A DNA stretch of 64,000 bases from Candidatus Latescibacterota bacterium (GTDB taxonomy: Bacteria > Latescibacterota > UBA2968 > UBA8231). The position numbers and the translations under genes are program-made. The DNA is taken from contig CBDCXV010000009.1 in assembly GCA_965223905.1 (NCBI GenBank), forward strand, positions 512,001-576,000, in the 5' to 3' direction. Shown here in pieces: positions 31,413 through 43,004 of the stretch. The notes beneath the pieces were generated by a model. It saw only the letters and a program-made list of their open reading frames with translations, was not told the origin of the DNA and made no database searches. Position 1 is the stretch's first letter. Each line of letters begins with the position of its first letter.

Positions 31413-32750
31413 ATGAACTTTGAGGTGAAAATCGAGAATTTTGGTCCAATCCAAAAGGCAAGGATCCAGGTTGGCCGGTTTACGGTATTCGCCGGACCGA
31501 ACAATACAGGTAAAACGTTTGTGTCGAAGATGCTTTATTCGATTCTTAGTGCTATAAACGCGAATCATGTGCAAGTTTTTTTTGGCATGATGACAGACAT
31601 CATTGAATCAGATTTGCGACATTACGAAAGGACCGGTTTGGCAGTAGAAGAACGTCACCTGCTCGAAATTAGAAAAGCACTTGAAAAAATCGATTCTGTT
31701 TTAAGGGAGACGTTTCCTAGCCATCCGGTCAAAAAAGAATCTGATTGGCTAAGAGAAATACAACCCGAACTGAAAACAGAAATTGAGAAAATAGAGAGCC
31801 ATTTTCAAATTCTTAGAAATAATGTCAAAACAAAAAGGCAATTCCCGGTCTTTGAAGCCTCTAGTGATCTATTGAGAAGTCTTTTAGGAGAAGTAGATTC
31901 GGTAGTTGGTATTGGGGAAAGGTTCAAATTTATCCAGAACGTGCAAGGGAATTTCCAAACTTCCGATCTTTCAGAGCTTAAAGGAGGAGCGGATTTCTCT
32001 TTGCGTTTCAGTGTCGAAGGGGTAGGGGAATTACGGGAAGAAGAGAATCGTTTAAATTTCACTTTTTCTCGACAAATCGCACAGAGTTTGCAGCCGTTTT
32101 CGGAAGCTTTCTATTTAGAATCTCCGATCTATTGGAAACTAAAAAGTGCTTTAGAATCGATCAAGCTCGATTCTCGTTCCTTTTTTAGAACTTTAAACGG
32201 AGTTCCGGACTATTTCTACGACATGGTAGTTGCCCTCAGAAGAGAGCGGACGGAACATCCTTTACATCCATTTGCCGGGATATATGAAAATCTGAATACC
32301 GCAATTAACGGACGGATTTCTTTAAATGAAGCCGGAAATCTAGAATTTCAACAAAATAAAAAGCCAATTTCCCTCTCCCTCACATCAGGAGGGGTCGCAA
32401 ATATGGGAATTCTTGCCCTGTTGGTTGAGCGAGGGGCCTTGGACCGAGGGTCCTTCCTTTTTATTGATGAACCAGAATCGAATCTCCATCCAGCATGGCA
32501 AGTTGAAATGGCGAAATTCCTATTTGAACTCGCCCGTCAGGGAATCAATGTGGTGGTTTCCACCCATAGCATGACGTTCCTCAAGTGGATTGAGGTACAA
32601 GTAAAGGGAAAGCCAGAAGACCGAGAGCTCGTTAAGTTGAATAAATTTCCACCAGATGCACAATGGAACCATGACATGGACGCGGTGATGACAGAAGTCA
32701 AACAGTCCTTGACCAAGCCCTTTTCTGACCTCTACATAGAGGGGTTATAG
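31413..32750 (+). CDS. AAA_15/AAA_21 ABC-type ATPase (AT-rich)
   Basis: GPNNTGKT, SGG signature, FIDEPESNLHP, STHS. Confidence 0.85.
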   Translation: MNFEVKIENFGPIQKARIQVGRFTVFAGPNNTGKTFVSKMLYSILSAINANHVQVFFGMMTDIIESDLRHYERTGLAVEERHLLEIRKALEKIDSVLRETFPSHPVKKESDWLREIQPELKTEIEKIESHFQILRNNVKTKRQFPVFEASSDLLRSLLGEVDSVVGIGERFKFIQNVQGNFQTSDLSELKGGADFSLRFSVEGVGELREEENRLNFTFSRQIAQSLQPFSEAFYLESPIYWKLKSALESIKLDSRSFFRTLNGVPDYFYDMVVALRRERTEHPLHPFAGIYENLNTAINGRISLNEAGNLEFQQNKKPISLSLTSGGVANMGILALLVERGALDRGSFLFIDEPESNLHPAWQVEMAKFLFELARQGINVVVSTHSMTFLKWIEVQVKGKPEDRELVKLNKFPPDAQWNHDMDAVMTEVKQSLTKPFSDLYIEGL

Positions 32751-32751
32751 A

Positions 32752-33306
32752 ATGATGCCCTTATCTCAATTTGTCGAGCCAATAGGGTCTGCTGGTGGCT
32801 TCAACGCTTTTCGGATGGACAGTACAGTTAGTGGGTCTGACATGCGTCGGGCAGCCGGACTGGGAACATGCGAGTGTTGTGACTATGTTACCGTCAGCCA
32901 AGACAAAGAAAGTATTGTTTTTATTGAAGAGACTGACTTAGATAGCACGATTGTTGAATTCAAACAGAAATTCAATTACTTAAATGACCAAGACCAAGTA
33001 GATATGCTCTACGACGAAGTTCTTAAAGAACATCGGCTTAAACTTTACGGGTCAATGTTGATTTTGTGTCGGCTATCCAGTTCACGAGAAGACGTAAAAG
33101 CCCTTTTTCCAGTTGATAAGTTCCAATTTTGGCTCGTAACGACCAGGGTTCAGGCCGATTCTGCTCTACTTATGGACTACCTAAATGAGAGATTGAAAGG
33201 GTTTTTAAAAAGTTCTTTACTCAAAGAAACGATGAGTGTTGTTCAAATTATACCCTCTAAAAGACTATTTGAGAAGCTGTCTACTCATGCACAACAAATC
33301 ACTTAA
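32752..33306 (+). CDS. Hypothetical protein, partner of AAA ATPase
   Basis: 184-aa ORF 1 bp after ATPase; same low GC; CDY...VFIEE possible nuclease motif. Confidence 0.6.
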   Translation: MMPLSQFVEPIGSAGGFNAFRMDSTVSGSDMRRAAGLGTCECCDYVTVSQDKESIVFIEETDLDSTIVEFKQKFNYLNDQDQVDMLYDEVLKEHRLKLYGSMLILCRLSSSREDVKALFPVDKFQFWLVTTRVQADSALLMDYLNERLKGFLKSSLLKETMSVVQIIPSKRLFEKLSTHAQQIT

Positions 33307-33338
33307 ACAGTTTTCCAATTTGGAAGCGCTTTACGACG

Positions 33339-33560
33339 TGGACAGTGATGGTAATTCCCTGACACCCGCCCCCTGCCCGGGGTAGTTGTTCCAGGCTGCG
33401 TTTTTTTCCACTGCTTTCCCCTTGTCTCGGGGCTTGGTTGTGAGCCCTTTCTTGAACGCCTGCAGCGGGGTCATGCCCTTCATGCTGCCGCCCTGATGCG
33501 GCCGTTTCTCGTTGTACTGGACCAGGTATGCATCCAGGTCCTTTTGCATGTGGTCCAGCG
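33339..33560 (-). mobile_element. IS481-family transposase 3' remnant with right end
   Basis: MQKDLDAYLVQYNEKRPHQG..TPLQAF followed by TGTCAGGGAATTACCATCACTGTCCA. Confidence 0.6.
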
Positions 33561-33993
33561 ATTATACCACGATGTTAGGCCCCTTTTTTTGGACTCTCGG
33601 CCAAGGCGCTGAGCGCATGGCAAGGGTCAGGCAGGTCCCCCCTGAGGGACTTTCGTGAGAGCTCGCAGGGCGGTTTTGTTTTCTGTTGGCCCTTATCAGG
33701 ATCAATCCGGGGTCCTGAGGGATCGTTGAGGGCACACACATCCGTCGGGCCGGTGCCGGAGGCGGGTCGAGAAGGCAGGTCAGGCGGTGAACTGGAACCG
33801 CGGCTCCGGCGGGGCCTTCGCCGGGGCCAATGCCGGGGGCCGGGCCGCGGACCCGGTGCTCTCTGCCGGCGCCGTCCCGTGCTTGTTCCTCTACCGCAGT
33901 GACCTGGCCTGAAGCGACATCTTCGAACCGCTTGTATCTTCCTGACACATAAAACCCATTCCAGACCCCTGACCCCCAGGAGACAACCGAATC

Positions 33994-35481
33994 GTGCCAT
34001 CCGTCCGCCTTCGCATAGCCCCTTCGCCGACCGGAGCCCCCCACGTGGGCACCGCCTACATCTCCCTGTTCAACATGGCCTTCGCCCGCCGCTGCGGGGG
34101 CAAGCTGGTGCTGCGCATAGAGGACACCGACCGGGCGCGGTCCTCCGACGAGCACGAGCGGCGCCTGATGGAGGCGCTGCGCTGGGCCGGCATCGAGTGG
34201 CAGGAGGGCCCCGACCTCGGCGGGCCTCACGGTCCCTACCGGCAGAGCGAACGGATCGAGGTCTACTCGGGGTACGCGAAGCAGCTCGTCGACCAGGGCC
34301 GCGCTTACTATTCCTTCACGACCCCTGAGGAGCTGGCCGCCTGGCGGAAGCGCAAGGACTCGGGCGAGCCGGCCCCGTACGAGGCGGAGCGCGAGCAATC
34401 GACCGAGGCGGCGCGGAAGCGGATCGACGCGGGGACTGCGCACGTGATCCGCATGAAAACCCCGCGCGAGGGATCGGTAACGGTCACCGACACGTTGCGC
34501 GGGGAGATCCCGTTCGACCTGGCGGGCCTCGACGACCAGGTGCTGCTGAAGTCGGACGGGTTCCCCACCTATCATCTCGCGGTCGTCGTCGACGATCACC
34601 TGATGGAGATCAGCCACGTCATCCGCGGCGAGGAGTGGATTCCGTCGACGCCGAAACACCTGCTGCTCTACGACTGGCTGGGCTGGGACCCTCCGGAGCA
34701 CACCCATCTGCCGCTGCTGCTCAACCCGGACCGCTCCAAGATGTCGAAGCGGCGCAACCCGACCTCCATCGACTTCTACCGCCGCGCCGGGTACCTGCCG
34801 GAGGCGCTGCTCAACTACCTGGCGCTGATGGCCTACCCGCCGGGGGAGGGGGGCGAGGAGAAATTCCCGCTGTTCGAGCTGGTCGACCGTTTCGATCTCG
34901 GGCGGATCAACCTCGGCGGCTCGGTGTTCGACCTCGAGAAGCTGAGCTGGCTCAACGGCCGCTACATCCGCGAGGACCTCACCGCCGGGGAGCTGCTGGA
35001 TCGCCTGAAGGAATGGGCCCTGAACGACGGTTTCATCGGCCAGATGATCCCCCTGATGCAGCCGCGCATGCAGACCCTCGGGGATTTCATGCCGGCCTGC
35101 TCCTTCTTCTTTGCCCGCGAGGTGGAGCCGGCGGCGGAGGATCTCGTTCCCAAAAAGCGGCAGCCCGCGGAGGCGGCGCAGATGCTGCTGACCGCGGTCT
35201 GGGCGCTTCAGGAGGTCTCGCCCTGGAATGTCTCCGGGGTCGAGGCGGCGGTTCATGGGGTGAGCTCGTTCTGGGAGTGGCCGGTGCGCGAGGTGACCCG
35301 GCCGATGTTCGCGGCGCTCATGGGACGGCCGGTCGGGCCCCCGCTGTACGAGTCGATCGTCCTGCTCGACATCGACCTGACGCGGGCGCGGCTGCAGGCC
35401 GCGGTGGGAGTGCTCGGGGGGGTCTCCAGGAAAAAGGAGCGGGCCCTGGAGAAGGAGTGGTCTTCCCGGGGTGGGAGCTAG
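33994..35481 (+). CDS. gltX: Glutamate--tRNA ligase (complete copy)
   Basis: [39 protein letters not shown], anticodon-binding C-terminus. Confidence 0.95.
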   Translation: MPSVRLRIAPSPTGAPHVGTAYISLFNMAFARRCGGKLVLRIEDTDRARSSDEHERRLMEALRWAGIEWQEGPDLGGPHGPYRQSERIEVYSGYAKQLVDQGRAYYSFTTPEELAAWRKRKDSGEPAPYEAEREQSTEAARKRIDAGTAHVIRMKTPREGSVTVTDTLRGEIPFDLAGLDDQVLLKSDGFPTYHLAVVVDDHLMEISHVIRGEEWIPSTPKHLLLYDWLGWDPPEHTHLPLLLNPDRSKMSKRRNPTSIDFYRRAGYLPEALLNYLALMAYPPGEGGEEKFPLFELVDRFDLGRINLGGSVFDLEKLSWLNGRYIREDLTAGELLDRLKEWALNDGFIGQMIPLMQPRMQTLGDFMPACSFFFAREVEPAAEDLVPKKRQPAEAAQMLLTAVWALQEVSPWNVSGVEAAVHGVSSFWEWPVREVTRPMFAALMGRPVGPPLYESIVLLDIDLTRARLQAAVGVLGGVSRKKERALEKEWSSRGGS

Positions 35482-35555
35482 CCTCAGAGGCCCGGAGCCA
35501 AGGGCACGGTGTTATGTGTGTGTGCCCTGGGGAATTGGCAATAGGGGAATCGGAA

Positions 35556-35832
35556 TTACCGAATCCTTAGTTCCAAGCGGCGGCCAAGTGCGTCCATCAC
35601 CTTCCGCAGCGTGGAAAGTTTGATGTCCTCGGCGTGGTTCTCCAAGCGAGAAATAGCCGTTTTCTTCGTGCCAATCCGGTCCGCCAACTGCTCTTGGGTA
35701 AGACCGGCCGCTTCGCGGGCTTGCTTAAGCAAGAATACCTATCTCGAAATCGCGATAGCCTGTCTCAAACCCCGCCGCGAACTCGGCGTCCGCCTGCTTT
35801 CTAGCAGAGATATACCGCTCAACATCGCTCAT
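35556..35832 (-). pseudogene. XRE-HTH antitoxin (HigA-like), frameshifted
   Basis: MSDVERYIS...FEIG / LLKQAREAAGLTQEQLADRIGTKKTAISRLEN..LSTL. Confidence 0.65.
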
Positions 35833-35987
35833 AACGCTCCTCTCCTGCGTGCCAAATATTCCTGCCGATACCGCGAACCGCGTTCACTTCGAGTTGGACG
35901 CCCTCGTGCTGCTGAATTCGGCTGATGACCTCGAAAAGGTTGCGGGCGTGCGGATTGCCGGACGGTCCGAGCCGGCTGTAGAACCGG

Positions 35988-37691
<1,704 letters not shown>

Positions 37692-37714
37692 GGGATCGGA
37701 ACCGTGCCGGCGGA

Positions 37715-38644
37715 CTAGCGGATCAGCCAGGGGCTGTCCGGCGGGCGGAACTCATCCTTGGGGGGAAGGAACTGGCGCAGGTGCCGGCAGCCGTAGGCGA
37801 ACCCCTCGAGGCCGGGCATGCCGCGGTCCTCGTTCTCGCAGCAGAGGACGTAGTCGTACCCCGACTCTACCAGGGCGTTGGTGATCTTGGCCCAGTCGAG
37901 ATCGCCGCGGCCCGGCACGCGGTACTGCCACCACCAGTTGCCGATGACGCCCTGGCGGTAGAGCATGCGCGGGCTCACCTCGCAGTCCTTGACGTCGGCG
38001 AAGTACCACTTGCCGGCGTACTCGCGGATGACGTCCTCGGCCGGCAGGATCATCATCCAGACCCAGTGCGAGGGATCGCACGAAAGGCCGAGGTAGTCGG
38101 AGGGCACCGCGTCGAGGATGCGGTCCCACATCTCCGGGTTGCAGCCGATGTTGCCCATGCGCACGGCCACGTCGAGGGCGATCCTGACCCCGGTTTCCTC
38201 GGCTTCCCGTGCGATCGGCGTGAACATCTCACGGTAGCGTTCGACGAGCTCGTCGCAGCGGTCGGTCGGGTTGCCCGGGGGGGAGGAGTACATGCCGTAG
38301 AAGACGCCGTTCCTGACCGGGGCGCCGCTGCCGGTGATCACCACGGGGCACTCGAGCGCCGCGGCCGAGCGCAAGGCCTTCTTCAGGCGCAGCGACTGCT
38401 GCTCGCGCACCTCGGCGTCGTCGTCGAGGAGGTTGCAGTGGGCGGCGATGCAGGAGAGGTAGAGATCGCGGTTGGAGAAGGTCTCCCGCACCTCGGCGGG
38501 TCCTTCCGTGAGGATTCGGTCGGAATCGAGCACGCCGTTGTCGGTCAGGCGGACGCAGTCGAAATCGTGCGCCCTGGCCCAGGCGGCGCACTCTCCGAGG
38601 CTCCAGCCGCCGGCTCCCGCGGTGGTGTAGAAACTGATGTCCAT
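37715..38644 (-). CDS. Sugar phosphate isomerase/epimerase (AP_endonuc_2 TIM barrel)
   Basis: [22 protein letters not shown]. Confidence 0.75.
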   Translation of the reverse strand: MDISFYTTAGAGGWSLGECAAWARAHDFDCVRLTDNGVLDSDRILTEGPAEVRETFSNRDLYLSCIAAHCNLLDDDAEVREQQSLRLKKALRSAAALECPVVITGSGAPVRNGVFYGMYSSPPGNPTDRCDELVERYREMFTPIAREAEETGVRIALDVAVRMGNIGCNPEMWDRILDAVPSDYLGLSCDPSHWVWMMILPAEDVIREYAGKWYFADVKDCEVSPRMLYRQGVIGNWWWQYRVPGRGDLDWAKITNALVESGYDYVLCCENEDRGMPGLEGFAYGCRHLRQFLPPKDEFRPPDSPWLIR

Positions 38645-38763
38645 AGAGGTTCGGGATTTCCCTGAAGAGCGGCGGAGCTTGAGCCCGTTCGGCGCCGGGC
38701 CCTAGATTGGAACTCGCTCTCACCGCGAATGAACGAACGAACAGAAATAAGAAAGGCCACGGC

Positions 38764-39990
38764 ATGGCTCTCATCAACGAACACTACCTGAAGCTCACCG
38801 CCGGATACCTGTTCCCGGAGATCGCGCGCCGCACCGGCGCCTTCCAGGAGAAGCATCCCGGCGCCGACGTCATCCGCATGGGGATCGGCGACGTGGTCAA
38901 GGGGATTCCCCGGGTCGTCGCCGAGGCGATGAAGGAAGCGGTCGAGGAGATGGCGCACGACGAGTCGTTCCAAGGCTACCCCCCGGGCGAGGGGTACGAC
39001 TTCCTGATCGAGGCGATCGTCGAGCACGAGTACGCCTCGCGCGGGGTCGAGGTCGCCGCCGACGAGGTGATCGTGTCGGACGGGTCCAAGTGCGATTCCG
39101 CCAACATCCAGGAGATCTTCGCCATCGACAACACCGTCGCCCTCACCGACCCGGTCTACCCGGTCTACTGCGACAGCAACGTCATGGCCGGCCGCACCGG
39201 AGACGCCGGGGACGACGGCCGCTATGCCGGCCTGGTTTACCTGCCGTGCACGGCGGAATCCGGGTTTCTGCCGCCGCTTCCCGACGGCCACGCCGACCTC
39301 GTCTATCTCTGCTCGCCGAACAACCCGACGGGGGCGGTGATGCCGCGCGAGGTGCTGGGCGAGTGGGTCGAGTACGCCCGCGCCAAGAGCGCCGTCCTCT
39401 TCTTCGACGCCGCCTACGAGGGGTACATCTCCGATCCCGGGATTCCGCACTCCATCTACGAGATCGACGGGGCCCGCGAGGTCGCCGTCGAAATGCGCTC
39501 GTTCTCGAAGAGCGCCGGTTTCACCGGCCTGCGCTGCGCCTTCACGGTCGTTCCGAAAGAGCTGCGAGCCTTCTCCGCCTCGGGAGAGGGCCACTCCCTG
39601 CACGCCGCCTGGGTGCGCCGGCACAACACCAAGTTCAACGGCGTTTCCTACCCGGTACAGCGGGGGGCTGCGGCTTCCTACTCGCCGGAGGGCCGCGGCG
39701 CCACCGCGGAGATGATCTCCTTCTACATGGAGAACGCGCGGCATATGAAGGAGCGCCTGTCCGCCTGCGGCTACGTGGTGTACGGCGGCGAAAACGCCCC
39801 CTACCTGTGGATCGCCACCCCGGAGGGCATCGACAGCTGGGGCTTCTTCGATATCCTGCTCGAAGAGGCCCACGTCGTCGGCACTCCGGGCTCCGGGTTC
39901 GGGGCCGCCGGAGAAGGGTACCTGCGCCTGTCCGCCTTCCAGCACCGCGAAGCGGTCGAAGAGGCCCTGGCTCGCATCGCCGCTCTCTGA
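38764..39990 (+). CDS. dapL: LL-diaminopimelate aminotransferase
   Basis: [48 protein letters not shown]. Confidence 0.93.
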   Translation: MALINEHYLKLTAGYLFPEIARRTGAFQEKHPGADVIRMGIGDVVKGIPRVVAEAMKEAVEEMAHDESFQGYPPGEGYDFLIEAIVEHEYASRGVEVAADEVIVSDGSKCDSANIQEIFAIDNTVALTDPVYPVYCDSNVMAGRTGDAGDDGRYAGLVYLPCTAESGFLPPLPDGHADLVYLCSPNNPTGAVMPREVLGEWVEYARAKSAVLFFDAAYEGYISDPGIPHSIYEIDGAREVAVEMRSFSKSAGFTGLRCAFTVVPKELRAFSASGEGHSLHAAWVRRHNTKFNGVSYPVQRGAAASYSPEGRGATAEMISFYMENARHMKERLSACGYVVYGGENAPYLWIATPEGIDSWGFFDILLEEAHVVGTPGSGFGAAGEGYLRLSAFQHREAVEEALARIAAL

Positions 39991-40106
39991 ATTCCCGGAG
40001 CGGATCGTTCCAGACCTCGCAACGCAGGAATCCCGCCTTCCAGTCCCTCTGGCCATACTCTCCGACCGGGCAGCCGGGTAACGGCGGTGAAATTGTGTCC
40101 GGGGGG

Positions 40107-40136
40107 TTGACAGTTCCGTGTCGAAATCGTTACACT
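40107..40136 (+). promoter_or_regulatory. Sigma70-like promoter upstream of RHH-nadA
   Basis: TTGACA-18 nt-TACACT followed by AT-rich palindromes. Confidence 0.55.
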
Positions 40137-40255
40137 ATCACACATTCAGAAATAAACAATTATTGCATAGTTATTAACTAATTTCGGCCGGGGAAACCCG
40201 GGAAAGTCCATTTGAAATGCAACATCCTCGACAAACCCGAAAGACGAAGAGATCG

Positions 40256-40450
40256 ATGAACGGAAAGGCGAGATCGAGAACTTTCTCGGCGACCGAGAGA
40301 GATTTTGAGATGCTCGAAGCGGTGGCTCGCTATCACGGCTCAAGCAAGAGTGCGGCGATCGCGGGACTGATCAGAAAGGAGTTCTGGCGCGTATTTCCGC
40401 ACGGAACCGAGGAGATCACCCCTGACCCGGGAGCCAAGGTGGAATCATGA
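40256..40450 (+). CDS. Small ribbon-helix-helix-like protein (alternative start 40217)
   Basis: RTFSAT (strand) ERDFEMLEAVARYHG SKSAAIAGLIR (helices); ATGA overlap with nadA. Confidence 0.55.
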   Translation: MNGKARSRTFSATERDFEMLEAVARYHGSSKSAAIAGLIRKEFWRVFPHGTEEITPDPGAKVES

Positions 40451-41433
40451 GCGAAGTCGAAACGACCGGCGTCGCCGGACACTACCACTATACCGACCTG
40501 CCGCACGAGGAGCTCGTCTCCCAGATCGACCGCCTGCGTCAGGAGAAGAATGCCGTAATCCTCGCCCACAACTACCAGGTGCCGGAGGTTCAGGATATCG
40601 CCGACTTCACCGGCGATTCCCTCGGACTGTCGGTGGAAGCCAGCCGCACCGACGCGGACCTGATAGTGTTCTGCGGCGTTCACTTCATGGCGGAATCCGC
40701 CAAGATCCTGAGCCCGGGCAAGACCGTCCTGCTGCCGCATCTCGGGGCCGGCTGCGCCCTGTCCGACTCGATCACCCCGGAGAGCCTCGACGAGTGGAAG
40801 GAGATGTACCCCGGGTACACGGTGGTCACCTACGTCAACTCCTCGGCGGAAGTGAAAGCGGAGTCGGACATCTGCTGCACCTCGGCGAACGCCGTCTCCG
40901 TCGTCCGCAGCCTCGACAGCGACAAGGTGCTGTTCACCCCCGATCGCAACCTCGGCCGCTGGGTGGCCGAGCAGGTCCCGGAGAAGGAGGTGGCGATCTA
41001 CGACGGCGTCTGCCCGACCCACGACGTGCTGCGCCAGGCGAGTGTCGATCGCACCCGGGGGGAGTACCCGGAAGCGGTCATCATCGCCCATCCGGAATGC
41101 CGCGAGGACGTGGTGGCCTCCGCGCACGAGGTCTGCTCGACGACCGGCATGCTCGACGCCGTGGGGCGCTACCCGGAAGCGGAGACTTTCATCATCGCCA
41201 CCGAGAGCGGCCTCATCCACCAACTGAAGAAACGCTACCCCGGCAAGGAGTTCGTGCCCGCGGACGGCTGTATCGGCTGCCGCCTGCACTGTCCGTACAT
41301 GAAGGTCACCGGCCTCCAGGACGTGTATTTTTCGCTTGCCGACGAGCGCTACGAGATCCAGCTGGACGACGACGTTATCGAGGGGGCGCGGCGCTCCCTC
41401 GAACGGATGATGGCGGTGCCGAGAGACAACTGA
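40447..41433 (+). CDS. nadA: Quinolinate synthase
   Basis: ILAHNYQ, GDSL, FCGVHFMAE, YVNSSAEVKA, CCTSAN, HPEC, CPYMK. Confidence 0.95.
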   Translation: MSEVETTGVAGHYHYTDLPHEELVSQIDRLRQEKNAVILAHNYQVPEVQDIADFTGDSLGLSVEASRTDADLIVFCGVHFMAESAKILSPGKTVLLPHLGAGCALSDSITPESLDEWKEMYPGYTVVTYVNSSAEVKAESDICCTSANAVSVVRSLDSDKVLFTPDRNLGRWVAEQVPEKEVAIYDGVCPTHDVLRQASVDRTRGEYPEAVIIAHPECREDVVASAHEVCSTTGMLDAVGRYPEAETFIIATESGLIHQLKKRYPGKEFVPADGCIGCRLHCPYMKVTGLQDVYFSLADERYEIQLDDDVIEGARRSLERMMAVPRDN

Positions 41434-41579
41434 CCGGGTGATGCATGGGCGGCCAGGCTGACGGCCGCGTTGTTCGAACTCGAGCCCAATAAGTCAGCCG
41501 CCCCTTTTCCCGGGCGCCCTACCCCACGCCGCCGGCTTCGGCGGTGTTTCCGTCCTTACACCAGCGAGGATTCAAAAAC

Positions 41580-42443
41580 ATGAAAGCAGGATCGGGTGAT
41601 TTCGTGTACGAGTACGTCGAGGGCTGGCCGCAGGTGCCGGCCGACATCGAGCTCGGATGGGTGGCTGCGGTTGCCGTGGATGCCGACGACAGGGTTTTCG
41701 TCTACAGCCGCAGCGAGGTGCCGATGGTGCTGTTCGACCGGGAGGGCAACTTCCTCGACGGCTGGCGCGACGGCATTCTCGACGCCGAGGCGGCTCACGG
41801 GCTGAATTTCGACGCCGGCGGGAACCTCTGGTGCACGGAGTACGCCAGCCACTGCGTCCGCAAGATGTCCCCGTCCGGAGAGGAGCTTCTGACCATCGGC
41901 ACACCCGGGAAACCCGGTGCGGAAGGGGACCCGTTCCGGCGCCCGACCGACGTCGCTTTCGACTCGCAGGGGTTTCTCTACATATCGGACGGCTACGACA
42001 ACGCCCGGGTGCACAAGTACTCGGCCGCCGGCGAGCTGCTCAAATCCTGGGGGGAGCCGGGCAGCGGTCCGGGGCAGTTCGACATCTCCCACTGCGTCCG
42101 CGTCGACCGCGACGACCGCGTCATGGTCTGCGACCGCTCCAACGACCGCATCCAGATTTTCGACACCGAGGGTAACTACCTCGAGGAGTGGGGGGACCTC
42201 AGCGAGCCGGACACGATCCACATCGACAACGACGGCATCGTCTACGTCGCCGAGCTCAACCAGCGCGTCAGCATCTACAACCTGCAGGGCGAGCTTCTGT
42301 GCCGCTGGGGCCGGGGGGAGCGCACCGATACCCCGGGAGAGTTCAAGGGCTGTCCCCACGGCATCTGGACCGACTCGCGGGGCGACCTCTACATCAGCGA
42401 GGTGCAGACCGACGGCAGGGTGCAGAAGTTCGTGCGCCAGTGA
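41580..42443 (+). CDS. NHL-repeat beta-propeller protein
   Basis: PTDVAF, YISDGY..RVHKY, GPGQF, DRSNDRIQIFD, PHGI repeats. Confidence 0.8.
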   Translation: MKAGSGDFVYEYVEGWPQVPADIELGWVAAVAVDADDRVFVYSRSEVPMVLFDREGNFLDGWRDGILDAEAAHGLNFDAGGNLWCTEYASHCVRKMSPSGEELLTIGTPGKPGAEGDPFRRPTDVAFDSQGFLYISDGYDNARVHKYSAAGELLKSWGEPGSGPGQFDISHCVRVDRDDRVMVCDRSNDRIQIFDTEGNYLEEWGDLSEPDTIHIDNDGIVYVAELNQRVSIYNLQGELLCRWGRGERTDTPGEFKGCPHGIWTDSRGDLYISEVQTDGRVQKFVRQ

Positions 42444-42503
42444 GGGGGCAGGGGCGCGGCGGCGAAAACCGCGCCGACTCCGATCAAACGATTGATATGC
42501 CGC

Positions 42504-43004
42504 TTACCCCAGGTAGGCTTGGGGTTCGTTGTCCGGTTCCCTGGCTTTGAGGTTCCTGTCCTTGGTCCAGATGTGCACCCGCCACTCCGGTCCCCGATAC
42601 CTGTCGCGCTTGAGTCTGCGGGCTTCGTCAATCAAGGTGCTGTCGCTCAAATCGATCCCTTCGTGTACGTGATTTTCGGCAAAGCTCACAACCAGTTCCT
42701 TGAAGACGTCGAGCTGTTTTGAAGGGACAACGGTCCACGGCGTTCCTTCGTCGATGCTGGATAGCACGGCATCTCGCACCTGCGAGGCCAATGACGCCCG
42801 AAGGTTGCCGTCACGGATATCAGAGATGTGCTCAGCCAACTCGTAAACGGACGGTATGGTGACATACAGCCGTGCTCCCTTCCTGGCGGCGCGGGCGGCG
42901 CGGTTGCGTATCTCGACAACTGCTTCTTCAGTAGAGCAACCTGGAACAGCGAATAGTTCCAGCAGGTAGCTTGTATCGATCACGTACACCGGCAACGAGT
43001 TCAC
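42504..43004 (-). CDS. PIN domain protein
   Basis: VIDTSYL, E, DLSD, WTKD acidic PIN motifs; GTGA overlap with ATPase. Confidence 0.65.
   Translation of the reverse strand: MNSLPVYVIDTSYLLELFAVPGCSTEEAVVEIRNRAARAARKGARLYVTIPSVYELAEHISDIRDGNLRASLASQVRDAVLSSIDEGTPWTVVPSKQLDVFKELVVSFAENHVHEGIDLSDSTLIDEARRLKRDRYRGPEWRVHIWTKDRNLKAREPDNEPQAYLG

Noticed and set aside
33793-33802. TGGAACCGCG resembling a T-box core in the gltX leader
   Set aside because: Lacks the preceding GG and a downstream U-rich terminator; no recognisable stem I; absent from the other leader copies
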